A DNA stretch of 64,000 bases, taken from NCBI RefSeq assembly GCF_006345805.1, contig NC_043003.1, positions 77,872,001 to 77,936,000 on the forward strand, written 5' to 3'. The translations under genes were made by a program, and so were the position numbers. The DNA is from Octopus sinensis. Its lineage: Eukaryota. A model generated the notes under the pieces. The model was given only the letters and a program-made list of their open reading frames with translations, had not been told where the DNA came from and made no database searches. Shown here one piece after another: positions 12,167-24,632 of this stretch; position 1 is the stretch's first letter; the number at the start of each line of letters is the position of its first letter.

Positions 12167-12689
12167 AGAAGATATAGCTTGAGCTCAAATATGAATCTGT
12201 AAGAATTACACTGCACGAAGGAACATCAACTGATTGAACTATGTGAGAACATTAGGTAAACACAAGTTCAAAATATTATATAGATGAACAAAACATTGTA
12301 AATACTTGATCGGTCTTTCTTTTTAAATAAAACTGATTATGTTGACATGTTAGTAACGTGAAAATATTGCGAAGAATGAGGAGAAACCGAAATGCAAGAA
12401 TGCCCGAATCAATTGCGACAATAATGTCATTCGCATAAACTACCATTGGCAATGTTGTCTTCATAATGGTTATTAAACATATAACCATCAGTGCTGAAAT
12501 AATAGCTTTTACTGTATCGTTAGAATAACCGAATAGAGATGTAAAATGCTGCTATTAAAACGAACCAAATATTAGTTTGCTAGATTCAAAGATAGAAATA
12601 GCTATTGCATGCTGCGAGTAAGTGTACAAAATTAGATAATTGTATGATATTCCACTCTTTTGTTGACTATATGCGAATCATGTATCTAG

Positions 12690-12728
12690 TATACATACTT
12701 TCATACATACATACATACAAACATACAA

Positions 12729-12786
<58 letters not shown>

Positions 12787-12907
12787 TATAATATAGCAAT
12801 ATATAATGTATATATATATATAATATAATATAATATAATATATATAATATAATATAATATAATAAAATACAATACAATATAATATGATATAATATATACA
12901 TGCATAT

Positions 12908-12946
<39 letters not shown>

Positions 12947-13400
12947 TAAATACATATATGTAGATAGATAGATCCACACATAGATATAGATATATATGTG
13001 TGTGTGTATGTGTGTGTGTGTACGTATATATATTTATATACATATATGTACATATATACGCTTACAAGTGTGCATTTATATGTATGCGTGTGGGAATGTG
13101 TGTGTGTGTCTAGGTGAGCATCTGTGTGTTTGTATGTATATAAGCGTGTGTGTGCATGTTGATATATAAACATATATGTTTGTGCATGTATGTGTCACGC
13201 ACGCACACACGCACTCATACACACACACATATTTACATATGTAGTTGTTCAATAAGTTTTCATGTCATGAAAAACACAAGCACTCGTATACTAGGTACTA
13301 GAATAGGTATAATATTTTCATGTGTGTTTGTGTATGTGCGTGTATATATGTGTATATATGCGCGTGTGTGTGTGTGTGTATGCTTGTAGTTTGTGAGTGT
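12690..13400. repeat. (TA)n/(TAATA)n/(TG)n microsatellite field
   Basis: Direct reading. Confidence 0.9.
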
Positions 13401-13422
13401 GTACTGAGTTAGCATGAGCTAG

Positions 13423-13424
<2 letters not shown>

Positions 13425-13463
<39 letters not shown>

Positions 13464-13501
13464 GGACAGACAGACATATTGACAGACAGACAGATTAACA
13501 T

Positions 13502-13595
<94 letters not shown>

Positions 13596-13644
13596 GGACA
13601 GACAGACATATTGACAGACAGACAGATTAACATATAGATAGATA

Positions 13645-13726
<82 letters not shown>

Positions 13727-13764
13727 GGACAGACAGACATATTGACAGACAGACAGATTAACAT

Positions 13765-13837
<73 letters not shown>

Positions 13838-13838
13838 A
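13425..13838. repeat. (GATA)n array with ~131-bp higher-order periodicity
   Basis: The block gatggacagacagacatattgacagacagacagattaacata occurs at 13461, 13593 and 13724. Confidence 0.9.
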
Positions 13839-14374
13839 ACAAACTCATACTCATATGTATACAAATATGTGCTAGCATATACAAAGTTTACATGGTTATC
13901 CATAGATCAATATTTAAATGTTTATGCATGCTTAGATTTCAATAAGGCAATTAGATAGTCCATCTCTAAGCAGAGCAATCTCTCTCCGACCCTGCCCACG
14001 ACTGGACTATTGATATTATATTCAACATTTCTTAGGATTTACATCACTAAATGTCGCTCACGTCAACAAGACCTAATCTTGACTGAAGAAGAATTAATAA
14101 CAATTCTAATATACTTCCGCTCAGTAGCTAGAAAGAAGTGCGTCGGACTATATGCGCCTCTAAGTACTTTGTTTTACGTTTTTTTTTTGTTGTTTTTTTT
14201 ATCATCTACTTGCTCCAGTCATTGGACTGCGACCATAGTGAGGCACAGCCTGGAAGAGTCTTAATCGAATGAATCGAACCCCAGTACTCCTGTTTCATAA
14301 AAGCTTAGTACTTATTCTATCGTTCTCATTTTGCCGAACCGCTAGGCTACCTGACGTTAAAAAAAAAACAGCCA

Positions 14375-14480
14375 GAAGGAAATGAAAGAACGTCTGAAGA
14401 AAAAGTATTTCCGAAGACTACAATTGCTGTTGCGCTCAAAATTGAGTGAATGAGATAAAATCTAAGCAGTAAATTCATAC
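14375..14480 (+). mobile_element. Short R4/Dong-clade RT fragment
   Basis: KEMKERLKKKYFRRLQLLLRSKLS..DKI.AVNSY resembles the R4-type MKE.IKKEY.RR.R.ILKSKLN..N.I.AIN. Confidence 0.5.
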
Positions 14481-14589
14481 TCTTTCTTCGGCTGTTCTTT
14501 CATCTCCTTATTTATGATTTCATTGAACTCTAGTATGCCAAGATACTTATAGTTTTCGTTTCCAATTTTTCATTGTTGTTGCTGTTGTT

Positions 14590-14982
14590 AAGGTGCAGAG
14601 CTAGCAGAATCGTTAACGCATCGAACACAATGTTCTGCAGCATTTCTTCCGGCTTTTACGTTCTGTGTTCAAAATCCCGCCGAGATTTATTTTACCTTCC
14701 TTTCTGTCGAGGTCGATAAAATAAACTATCAATCAGGTACTGGGCTCGAGGTAAGCTGGCAGAAATTTTAGCACCTCGGGCGAAATGCTTAGCGGTATTT
14801 CGTCTGCCTTTACGTTGTGAGTTCAAATTCCGCCGAAGTCGACTTTGCCTTTCATCCTTTCGGAGTCGATAAATTAAGTACCAGTTACGCACTGGGATCG
14901 ATGTAATCGACTTAATACCTATGTCTGTCCTTGTTTGTCCCCTCTATGTTTAGCCCCTTGTGGGTAATAAAGAAATAGGTAA
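14590..14982 (+). mobile_element. Two head-to-tail OK-type SINEs (second with Tx1-like tail)
   Basis: Head and core repeated at ~14590 and ~14750. Confidence 0.85.
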
Positions 14983-15032
14983 ATGACTAACCACTACCCC
15001 TAAAATTACTGACATTTTGCCAAAAATTGAAA

Positions 15033-15093
<61 letters not shown>

Positions 15094-15100
15094 ATTATTA

Positions 15101-15131
<31 letters not shown>

Positions 15132-15132
<1 letters not shown>

Positions 15133-15590
15133 GAGTGAGAGAGCAGTGCATGCCATCAAAGTGACACTGGGGTAAAATATACGAAGCCCAATATACCCAT
15201 CATGACTACCCGTCTGATAAGGGTACACCAGGCACATGCATCACAACCATATGTGCGCGACATGGTGATCTCATATCAAGATAAACAGCACATGACCTTG
15301 CAGGTGGGGCCCAGTAAGAATTTTCTTCATGTTGAGTAGCCCATCCCTCTCAAAAGGTCCCTGAATAAGGGTTGTTTAAGGATGTTGAAAGAACCACCCA
15401 TGTTTCCAGAGATGAATTATTCAAACCCCAAAGAATCCCTCTCAACACATGGCTATGATGCTCCCCCACTACTTCTGCTCGTGATCAGAGATGCACATAT
15501 CGTCAGCCACTAAGGGACATGCTCAACTGGTTAAGGTCAAACAACTGACAAGCAAATCTGTGGTATTGAGCAGAATATTTGCTGTGGCCC
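15132..15590 (+). repeat. Unclassified dispersed element flanked by (ATT)n (longer copy at 45296-45983)
   Basis: Near-identical to 45296-45750. Partial inverted copies at ~31590-31790 and ~56380-56545. Confidence 0.8.
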
Positions 15591-15593
15591 TAA

Positions 15594-15653
<60 letters not shown>

Positions 15654-15654
15654 C

Positions 15655-15685
<31 letters not shown>

Positions 15686-15719
15686 AGACGAGGCTCTTGA
15701 CACTGGCATCGCGACCGAC

Positions 15720-16628
15720 GTGTTGGCGGCAAGGTTGGCCCTCGACCAACACTTCGACGCCAAACACGAAGGCTGCGTTGTCAGAGCTAAGGCACGTTCG
15801 CTAAGCGGGGAGGGGACTAGAGCCGCTCGATGGGCCCGCGTGGCGGAGGCGAAGCGAGGCAACAGAGCAACCATTCGGTCTTTGGTGGACCAGAACGGGC
15901 GCGAGGTTACCCAACCGAAGCAGATGTGTACGGTGCTTCAGCGGCACTTTGCTCAACTGTTTGGGACGAGCGGTGGAACGGACACCAACGGTACAGACTT
16001 CGGTGTGTACCTGGACGGACTGCCGCAACTCTCGAACAGCGAGGCAGAGTGCTGCGAAGGACCGATATCTTCCTGGGAAGTACAGGAAGCGATGAAGAGT
16101 TGCACGAGAGGTAGATCGCCGGGTTTGGATGGTCTGCCCTACGAGCTTTACTTTTCAATGCCAGACTTGTTTGCGGACCTGTTGGCAAACGTCTACTGCA
16201 ACTGGCAGCAAAACGGGAGAATTCCTGCTTTTGTCTGTCGAGGGGTGGTGGCTTTGCTAAAGATGGACCCAAACAAGGGGGACGTTATAGGGAATTTCCG
16301 GCCCATCACTCTGCTCAATGCAGAGTTGAAGATTTTGGCCAAGGTGCTAGCCAAGAGATTGGCGCTTGTCGTGGACAAGCTGGTCGGCGGGACGCAGACA
16401 TGCGCCGTGCCGACCAGGTCGATACACGACAACCTCCATCTCATGCGCTACATCATAGAGAGGGTGGGTAACGACGCTGGCGCGGGTGGGGCTTTGATCA
16501 ACTTGGATCAGAGTAAAGCCTTCGATAGGGTCGACCATCGGTACCTGGCAGCTGTCTCAAGGCAGCCGGCTTCGGTCCAGTCTTTCGCGGGTGGATCGCT
16601 GCTTTATACAGCAACATCTGCTCGGTGA
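15720..16628 (+). pseudogene. Tx1-type ORF2, N-terminal RT part (frameshifted at ~16557)
   Basis: ORF track 302 aa. Restoring one C in gtc(c)tcaag gives VLKAAGFGPVFRGWI, in frame with 16625-18166. Confidence 0.85.
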
Positions 16629-18166
16629 TACGGGTGAACGGTCACCTTTCGGAACCGTTCGACATCTCGCGTTCGGTCCGCCAAGGATGCCCTCTCTCCT
16701 CCCTCTTGTACATTTTGACTCTCGAGCCATTACTGCGCAAGTTGGAGGCTTTGAGGGGCATCCCGCGCGATCTAGGAGGCGGAAACAGCGTGTCTGCTTA
16801 TGCCGACGACGTCACCGTGGTGGTGTCGAGCCACAGGCACATTGGCCTGATTGGCGAGACGCTAAACCAGTACGAAGCGGTGACAGGGGCAAAGATTAAC
16901 GCGGAAAAGTCTGTGGGCTTGCAACTGGGCACCTGGAGAGGCAAGCCCATGCCGTCCAACAGCGTCGTAGGGCGCTGGACAGACGGACCCGTTAAACTGC
17001 TCGGGGTCTGGTTCGGTCCGGACCTCCAGGTGGATAAGAACTGGGAAGAGGTGACGAGCAGGGTGGCACGTCTCACCCAGAAATGGGCCGAGAGGAAGCT
17101 GTCCCTGAAAGGTCGAGCGGAGGTGGCGAATGCGTACATCGCATCCGTCATCCATTACCGCTTGACCGTCGTCCCTTGTCCCGACCGCTGGTTGGCCAAG
17201 CTGGTACGCCTGCTCTTCGACTTTTTGTGGAAGGGTCAGGTGCCACTGGTCAGGCGATCCATCTGCTGTCAACGACCGCTGAACGGAGGCCTTGGAATGC
17301 CGTGGTTGCTGTTGCGCAGACATGCGCTCAGGCTGCGGCATCTCAAGCGCTTCCTAGACGGTGAACAGGTGTGGTCGTCTTTTGTCAGACGCGATTTTCT
17401 GCAGCTCGTCTCTTTGACGGAGCTGCAGACCTGGATCAAACGTAGACCGAGAAAGGGCGCTTGGCACCTCGAGTGCCGTCAAGCCCTCTCCGCCCTCTGC
17501 CAGGCGGGCAATGCGGTCGGTTACAGCTCCACTCTAGCGTTCTATAGAGGGTTAGTGGAGGAAAAATGCGACGACGTTCTCGGGGAAACTCTAGGCGTTG
17601 AAGATGACGAACTGTGCGGTCTGTTCGGGAGGACTTTCGGGCCGGGGCCGATGGATAATTTCCAGAGGTCTCTCGCCTGGCAGTGCTACCGAGGGGCTCT
17701 GGCTGTTCGAGATAAACTCTACCGGCACGGAAGTGCCGTCAGCCGGGCCTGCCCGAGGTGTTGCCAGGACGACGAAACAGTCCTGCACGCACTCGTCCAG
17801 TGCCCGAGTATTGCTGAAATATGGGTTTATGTCGAACAGCTACTGTCACGTGTAGGACGGATCCGACTATCGGCCGAATCCATAGTGAAGATTGCCCCGC
17901 CGACCTCCTTTAACAAGGAGGGCGAGGCCGTTTTCTTGTGCCTTGTGGCTGTGGCGAAAGAAGTCGTGTGGTGGACTCGTTTGAAAGGGCTAAAGTCAGA
18001 CACTTTCCTCTTTGGTCAAGGCCTCATCAACTTTTTCAAGTTTCACTTGAAAAGGAAGATGAGGTTAGAGAGGAAAGTGCTGTCCGATAGCAAGTTTTAT
18101 GAAAGGTGGGTGAATTGTGCGAGACTGGCCTGTATAAATGGACCAGTTCTCAGGTTTCGCCTGTGA
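16625..18166 (+). pseudogene. Tx1-type ORF2, C-terminal RT and zf-RVT-like part
   Basis: ORF track 513 aa with QGCPLS, YADD and a C-x2-C...H-x4-C motif. Confidence 0.85.
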
Positions 18167-18452
18167 TTTCAAAGAAAAAGGTAATGTAAAAGGAGAAGAA
18201 AGGGGACTCTCTACACCCCCTTTTTTTGACCAGGCTCCCGTTGGCTTTTGTAGGGTTTTTTCCACCAGGAACCTTTCGAGACGTCTCCCCCTTTTGGGAG
18301 TTTTTCATTGTTGAATTTTATAAGTTGTTATAAAGATATTTACACGATGTTTTTTAAAAAAAAAACGGCAAAACCCTTTGTAACCTTTCGTCCTGTCTTG
18401 TCCCTTTATGTAATCATGCGTGTCAGCCCTTGTGGCCAATAAAAAAGAATTG

Positions 18453-18534
<82 letters not shown>

Positions 18535-18544
18535 TATTATTATT

Positions 18545-19025
18545 ATTTCCTCTATCACAGGTTTTGGTGGAGCTCCCCGAGTTTTGCATGCGTTGCGGAT
18601 TTACTACCTGCAGCTATTCATTTATTTTTTTTTTTCAATTATCTAATACTTTCCTGATCATTCTGACCCTGCCAAGGACGCAAGCCTTTTGTAAGAACTA
18701 CTGGGTACTCTACTCCACTTTCCTTTAGATTCCTCTTGATGCCTTCTTTTACTGTTCCAAGGACCCAACAATAATTGGCACTATCTTCACCCTATTCATT
18801 TTCCCTAGCCAGGCTATTTCGTACTTAAGAGGGTTGTATCTCACTATCTTTTCGTCTTCTTGATAATTCGTGGATCAAAGGAGCAAGCGATGTCAACAAT
18901 ATAGCATATGTGGAGCACCTTGTCCACCACCATTAGGTCCGGTCTTCCGCACAGTTTCAGTCAACAAATTGTCACACGCATCCTTGATGGATGATAGTGG
19001 AAACCAAATAGACACGGTAGTACGC
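18545..19025 (-). mobile_element. 3' end of R4/Dong-type LINE (restriction-like endonuclease) ending in (TAA)n
   Basis: Minus strand reads EKIVRYNPLKYEIAWLGKMNRVKIVPIIVGSLGTV...LQKACVLGRVRMIRKVLDN*, then a short UTR and (AAT)n at 18451-18545. Confidence 0.75.
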
Positions 19026-19918
19026 ATTGGCATCGAACTTAAAACCTTATGGATTCGAAGCGAACTGTTTAGTCACACAGTCAAATGTACGCCTACTAAA
19101 AGAAATTGTTTAAATAACATCAGAATAATTTTTTCCTGATATAAAATACATTTGTATCACCAGTGGTGAAATACGAATTTTAGAACTTTCTGCCAAGATG
19201 TTATGACTTTGTTTCTTAAAATCGGTCAATGGCATTCTTTACTAAACAATACCAGTTATTCTGAAATATTTGTCAAATTCCTAGACATCTTCTGCAATAT
19301 ATGAAATAAAGTCTTAATAGATTTATATTTTTTGTTTTAATAATTAAAATCTCTTTTTTTTATTTTGTCAGAAAACAATCCGTTATTTAATCTCTTTCTC
19401 ATAAATAAATTTCCAAATCTATTGTTGAGATTCTAAGCGTCGGATTAGATAATAAATGGAATGTCCGAGATAAATTAAATATGCATATGGAATCAAACTT
19501 AAACCGAATGAATGGATTCATGAAAAAGTCATGAAGAAATGACAAAATATGTGAATTCTATAATTTTTAAAACTGTTCGCTTATATGAACTTGTTTTATA
19601 AAGGAATGTATCTTAACAGGCGACTAATGTTTTAACACAAGAATTACAACTACTCTCAATGTGTTTACAGGCTAGCTATCTGAATCCTTTGTAAGTCACG
19701 TGTTTTAAACTACAGGTATAATGGAGTTTTCTGAACAGGCTGAAAATACTCTTCAAGAGCGAAATTCCGAGTGGTTATACAATGATTCTTCCACTTTTTA
19801 AGTATGTGTCTATATATATACATGTGTGTGTGTGCGCGCGCGTGCATTTGTATATAAATATACGATATCTAATGCACACGCGCGCACACACAGACATAAA
19901 AAGATATAAATGTAATAT

Positions 19919-19981
<63 letters not shown>

Positions 19982-20484
19982 GTACATATATATATAAAAC
20001 ACCTCTTATGTCCATCTACTATGTTCCTGCCTTTAGGCTTTCACTTCATACACGCTAGCTCAATTTGATTCGTTCTCAGTCGAAAGACACCTGTTGTTAT
20101 TTTCTTGTTGTTTGTGTTTGTAATTGCGTACCATGTTCTCCGTTTTTGTCTTTCTTGTCGTACACATTCGCTAGCTTTCTTACAATAAAAAAATCTAATG
20201 CTCTTAGCTTAGGCTTTTTTGGAGCAACCAGATCGAACTGTCTTAAGTGTAACTGTCCGAAACAGAAAGGCGTTCTGGTAAACTTGACTGATGAAAGAAG
20301 GCCACGAATGACCCATTTCCCCCCTCCCCTTCTAATTGCTGTCTGTCTCTCCTGTCCGCCTTTGTATCGTCTATTTGTCCGAATGTTTTATTGTCCTCTA
20401 TTGCGTTTTTGTTCCATTATATCTTTTATTTTTCATTACTTCTTTTATTTTTCAAAATTAAGATAAACAATGTTCTTTTTTAAT

Positions 20485-21616
20485 CTAACGTATACTCTCC
20501 TTCATTTTCTGCAATGCTCTTCCATCTATTTGGTACACTTGCAAGGCCCCTCTTCCAAAATTCACTTGTCCATTACAAAAAATATTCCTCCAGTAATGTT
20601 CTGACCTCGTCGAAAGAAATCCTATTTTTTCCGTCCAAATGATTTTGAAAACTGTAAAATAAATTATAATAAGGTGGTGCAACGTCGGGCGTATGTGATG
20701 GGTGGGGCATCGCTTCTCATTCAAACAGCTCCAGCCTTTAGAATGTCATCCTTGCTGTATGTGGCCGATGGAAGATGATCGTTTTTCTTGGCTGCCTTAA
20801 GCCTCTCAAGCTGCTCGCAGATTTCCTTTGTTTAAAAGTTCAAAGTGGACTAAACCTTTCATATCCCACCAAACAAATAATAACACCTTACGTGGGTGAA
20901 GACTTTCTTTAGCCTGGGGTGCCAGTGTTTCTCCTTTACCAACCCATTGTCTTCGGCGCTTAACGTTTTTATAGAGAACCCATTTCTTGTCACCAGTCAC
21001 TATTCGGTCCAAAACGCTTCATTCGTGAGACATGACAGCAAAGAAGAGCACACATTCACTCTCTGCGCGCAATTAGGCTCGGAAAGTTTGTGAGGAAACC
21101 AATGAACGAATTTGCTGAATTTTTCGATGGCACGCAGGTGTCAATCAATGGTTGAATGACGGAATCCAAGATTCTCTGCTAGTTCCTCAAAAGTTACGAT
21201 GGAATTTTGTTCCTCCAGGGTTTGCAGGACATCCTCGTCGCTCTTCCAGGTCGAGGCTCGTCTTCTAGGCTGTAGTTTCCGGCTCGGAATTTCTGGAACC
21301 ACCGTTGACACAGGCTTACGCTTATTGTCTGATCCCCATATACTGCATTAATATTCCTCACATTTTCCGTTGCGTTGTTGCCTTTATTGGACTCAGAAAG
21401 CAAAATATGCCGAATATGCTCCTTTGTCACTTTATTAAAACCTTGAAAAAATAACTCTTAAAATCAAACTGCACTCTTCAAATCTTGCATTAAGAATAAG
21501 GACAATGAAAATTACTACCTACCTTTATAGCAAGTTGATGCAGGTAGTTTATCCCGTCCCCCTGCAACTTTTAGTTCATGCAATTGAAAAAACTGCATTA
21601 TTCATGGGATGACTCA

Positions 21617-21619
<3 letters not shown>
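20485..21619 (-). mobile_element. Decayed mariner (DD34D-type) transposon
   Basis: KEHIRHILL...CQRWFQKFRAGNYSLEDEPRPGR, DRIVTGDKKWVLY, LHPRKVLLFVWWD and PHPSHTPDVAP (YSPDLAP-like). TIR-like TATTGAGTCATCCCA at the 21619 end. Confidence 0.85.
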
Positions 21620-21698
<79 letters not shown>

Positions 21699-21707
21699 AT
21701 ATGTATG

Positions 21708-21739
<32 letters not shown>

Positions 21740-22204
21740 TGTATGTATGCATGTATGTATGTAGTGTAGTGGACAGGTACATTTGTAATACCAAGAAATA
21801 GTTTTTTTTTACTTTGATTTTTACTCTTGGCTAATCAACCAAGGAAAAAACTATGTATGTGTGCATGCATGCGTGCTTTTATATTGTGTATGTATGCATA
21901 TCTATACCACCAACTAATTACTATCTCTAATGTCTCTTTTAATGTTCTAACCACACATAATGTGTGGTCTTTAGATTATCCCAAATATAAATCTTGACTA
22001 TCTAATTAGTATTTCAGAAATATTATTTTCTTTAAATATTCCTATTCATACAGATGCATCAGATTTTATCGCATAACTTACTATTTTCAGTTACTATTGC
22101 TGCTTTTAGTGTTATTGTCGTATTTGATCATTTAGGTTAATGATGTACAGGTATCTCAACTCACCTATTGTCTTTTTCTGTTACTTTTTCAAAGTTTATT
22201 TGTG

Positions 22205-22520
22205 GTTACGAAGAGGTGCTTCCTCGGAAGAATATTGAGGGTCTCCGCTGATGAAAGTGTAACAAACGTTGAGGTGCTTAGACGAGCAAAGACCCCAGAA
22301 AGATTGTGAAAATCTGAAGACAACAGGCTACGTTCATAGAACATCGTATAGAAAGAAAAAGCCTTGACCACTTGGTGACCAGCTAGAACTAAAAGGAGAA
22401 ACGGCCAGGGAAGAGACAGATGATACTTGATGGCGTTTCCAATTGCCTTCAGAATCACCGATTTCCATAACGTGCTAATGTTGTGTGAGGGACAGAAGGG
22501 CATAAGTTCATGATTGTCTA
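22205..22520 (+). mobile_element. RTE-type LINE C-terminal fragment
   Basis: RILRVS...VTNVEVLRRA...KKSLDHLVT...RGRQM, the typical RTE post-RT region. Confidence 0.7.
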
Positions 22521-22544
22521 TGTGTTACTGTATATAATTTCTAG

Positions 22545-23085
22545 ATAATAAATGTAGACAGAATGTCCCAGTATTTCACTTTAGTTTCTGCTACTTTCAG
22601 CATCTCATATTTTCTTTCCATATCCACGAAATCATCAACGGCAGAAGCATATGATAACTTGCAATCACCAAACGAAATGCCAAATTTCGTCCCATCTCCC
22701 TGAACCTTTATTTTGTAGTACCTGCAAATACCTGGCATTTTGAAGCGCAAGCACAGGTGTATGTATGCATGTATGCGTGTATGTGTATATCTATGTGTAT
22801 GTGCGAGTGTGTACGTGGTTCTCCTCTCTCTCTCTCTCTCTCCCCTCTTTATATTCGGCTTATCTGTTTCTAATTCTGTTAATACTATAGAGATGGCTGC
22901 TACAGCCAAATCTATAATGACAGTGTTGCATGTTGTAGCTTTAATTTCCATATCACTTTCAAAAGACAAATTCCAGGTTATTGTGATGAAGTAATTTTCA
23001 GTGACAGTTCACAACGAATGGCTTGTATTATTGTGTGACCCGATTTATTAGCGGTTACATATTGCCCAGCATATAATTATCAATT
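22545..23085 (-). pseudogene. Possible decayed Ig-like coding segment split by a microsatellite insertion (~22741-22848)
   Basis: IRCELS..ENYFITITWNL...SIVLTELETD.AEY|KCQVFAGTTK.IKVQG is obtained after removing the insertion, but needs frameshifts. Confidence 0.3.
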
Positions 23086-23355
23086 CAGACAAAGCTACTG
23101 CTGCTTGCTCCAACCACTACCACCACCACTACTACTACTTCTAGCATACTTTGTGCACGTGCAGTGTTTTGTCTTTGTGGTTTTCTGTTCGAGTGAAAGT
23201 ACTCTACATAGTACATCTGTGCAGCGCCTAGTACAGACTGTTTGTTTTATATAAGTCTTGGCGTATTAAACATAAATATATATATATATATACTGTGAAT
23301 AGCAGTGCTATTTTCTGTATGTTTGTATATTGCTACATCCTAGAGTATTCTACAT

Positions 23356-23763
23356 CAGCAATCCCCAACCATTTTTACACCACGGGCCGGCTTCATGTAA
23401 GACAATTTTTCAATGGACCGAGGTCTCATACGTGTAAAAATAAAACAGTAACATGCATAATAGATAACTTTAATGTTGAACATATAATACATCTATTATA
23501 AAGACAAACTGATCCTCGTCTCTCATTCTGTATCTATCTCTCTCTCTCTCTCTCTCTCTCAATCTCGCTTTCTCTCACTCTCTTTCTTTCTCTCTCTCTC
23601 TCTCTCTCTCTCGAAGGTGGAGGAAAAGAAGGGAATCAAAAAGCGATATAACCTCTGTCAAAACATATATGTAGAAGAAGAAAAGATGAGAAAAAGTTAC
23701 TGTTGTTGTTGTTGAGAAAGAAATACAGAGAGAGAGAGAGAGATAGATAGAATGCATGTGGGT

Positions 23764-23796
<33 letters not shown>

Positions 23797-24253
23797 GATA
23801 GATAGATAGATAGATAGATAGAAAGATAGGTAATGTTGTCACCATAGTAACTAACCAGTTTTAATTTAAAACGCGGGAATTTTAAGTATAAGTCTGTCAA
23901 CACAACGCAACACAGCCTTCAAAAATGACTTCGATGTAAATACTTATTCTGTAGAATATGAAAAAGTATTTAAAATGAATTTTATTGTTCAGCAGTATTT
24001 AAACTGGTATTAATCTTCAATGAGAAAGTCAATCTAAACATTATTTGAACAATTTATGAAGGTACGTACATGATCAACAAAAATTTTTACCAGCAGCGTA
24101 GTGACGGATAACAACCTAGTATATATAACACAAAACCAATCTGTAGACTGCAATATTCATTACAATACAAATAATTTTTTTTTATTCGTTCTTTTTATAC
24201 CAAACAGTCCACGGCCCGGCACTGGTCAGCAGCCCAATAGTCAGGGATCCCTT
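23356..24253. mobile_element. Non-autonomous hAT-like element with internal microsatellites
   Basis: Ends cagcaatccccaacc and gtcagggatccctt. Flanking 8-mers ttctacat and ctctacaa (6/8 match). Confidence 0.5.
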
Positions 24254-24294
24254 CTCTACAATATATAATTTTCAGTATTTAGTAGTGCTATCTG

Positions 24295-24632
24295 AAGGCG
24301 CACAGCTTAGCGGTTAGGGTATTCAGCTCATGGTCGTAAGGTCATGAGTTTGATTCCCAGCGACACGTTGTGTCCTTGAGCAAGACACTATTTCACAATG
24401 CTGCAGTCCATTCAGCTGGCAAAACTGAGTTGTACTGGTAATTCAAAGGGCCAACCTTGTAACATTCTGTGTCACGCTGAATCTCCCTGAGAACTACCTT
24501 CAGTACTACCTGAGAACTACCTTCATGTTTCTGGAGTGGTCAACCCCATGCATGCTAATTTTACGAACAGGATATTCCGTTGATCGGATCAGCTGGAACA
24601 CTCATCCGTCGTAACCGTCGTAAAGTGCCAGT
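24295..24632 (+). mobile_element. tRNA-derived CORE-type SINE (second family)
   Basis: A/B-box head, then gtgtccttgagcaagacac (CORE-like). Inverted relatives at 42321-42708, 51960-52216 and ~54660-54962. Confidence 0.7.

Larger units (their letters stand above)
15683..18449 (+). mobile_element. Young 5'-truncated Tx1/L1-clade LINE (RT + C-terminal zinc motif + 3' UTR) flanked by (ATT)n
   Basis: SPGLDGLPYE, NFRPITLLN, LDQSKAFDRV, VRQGCPLS, AYADDV and KLLGVWF, then CPRCCQDDETVLHALVQC. Stop at 18166. GC-rich, with only one frameshift visible. Confidence 0.92.

Noticed and set aside
11740-12530. Coding-like minus-strand stretch interrupted by a SINE (hydrophobic ORF 12276-12488; PIQLSCDWGF)
   Set aside because: No consistent frame or recognisable family; cannot be supported without a search.
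15683-18166. Bacterial or horizontally acquired gene (GC-rich island), or programmed frameshift at 16557
   Set aside because: Motifs are those of Tx1/L1 RT. The shift is a 1-bp deletion without a slippery site.
20288-20315. CTGATGA hammerhead core
   Set aside because: No GAAA half-core or stem II downstream.
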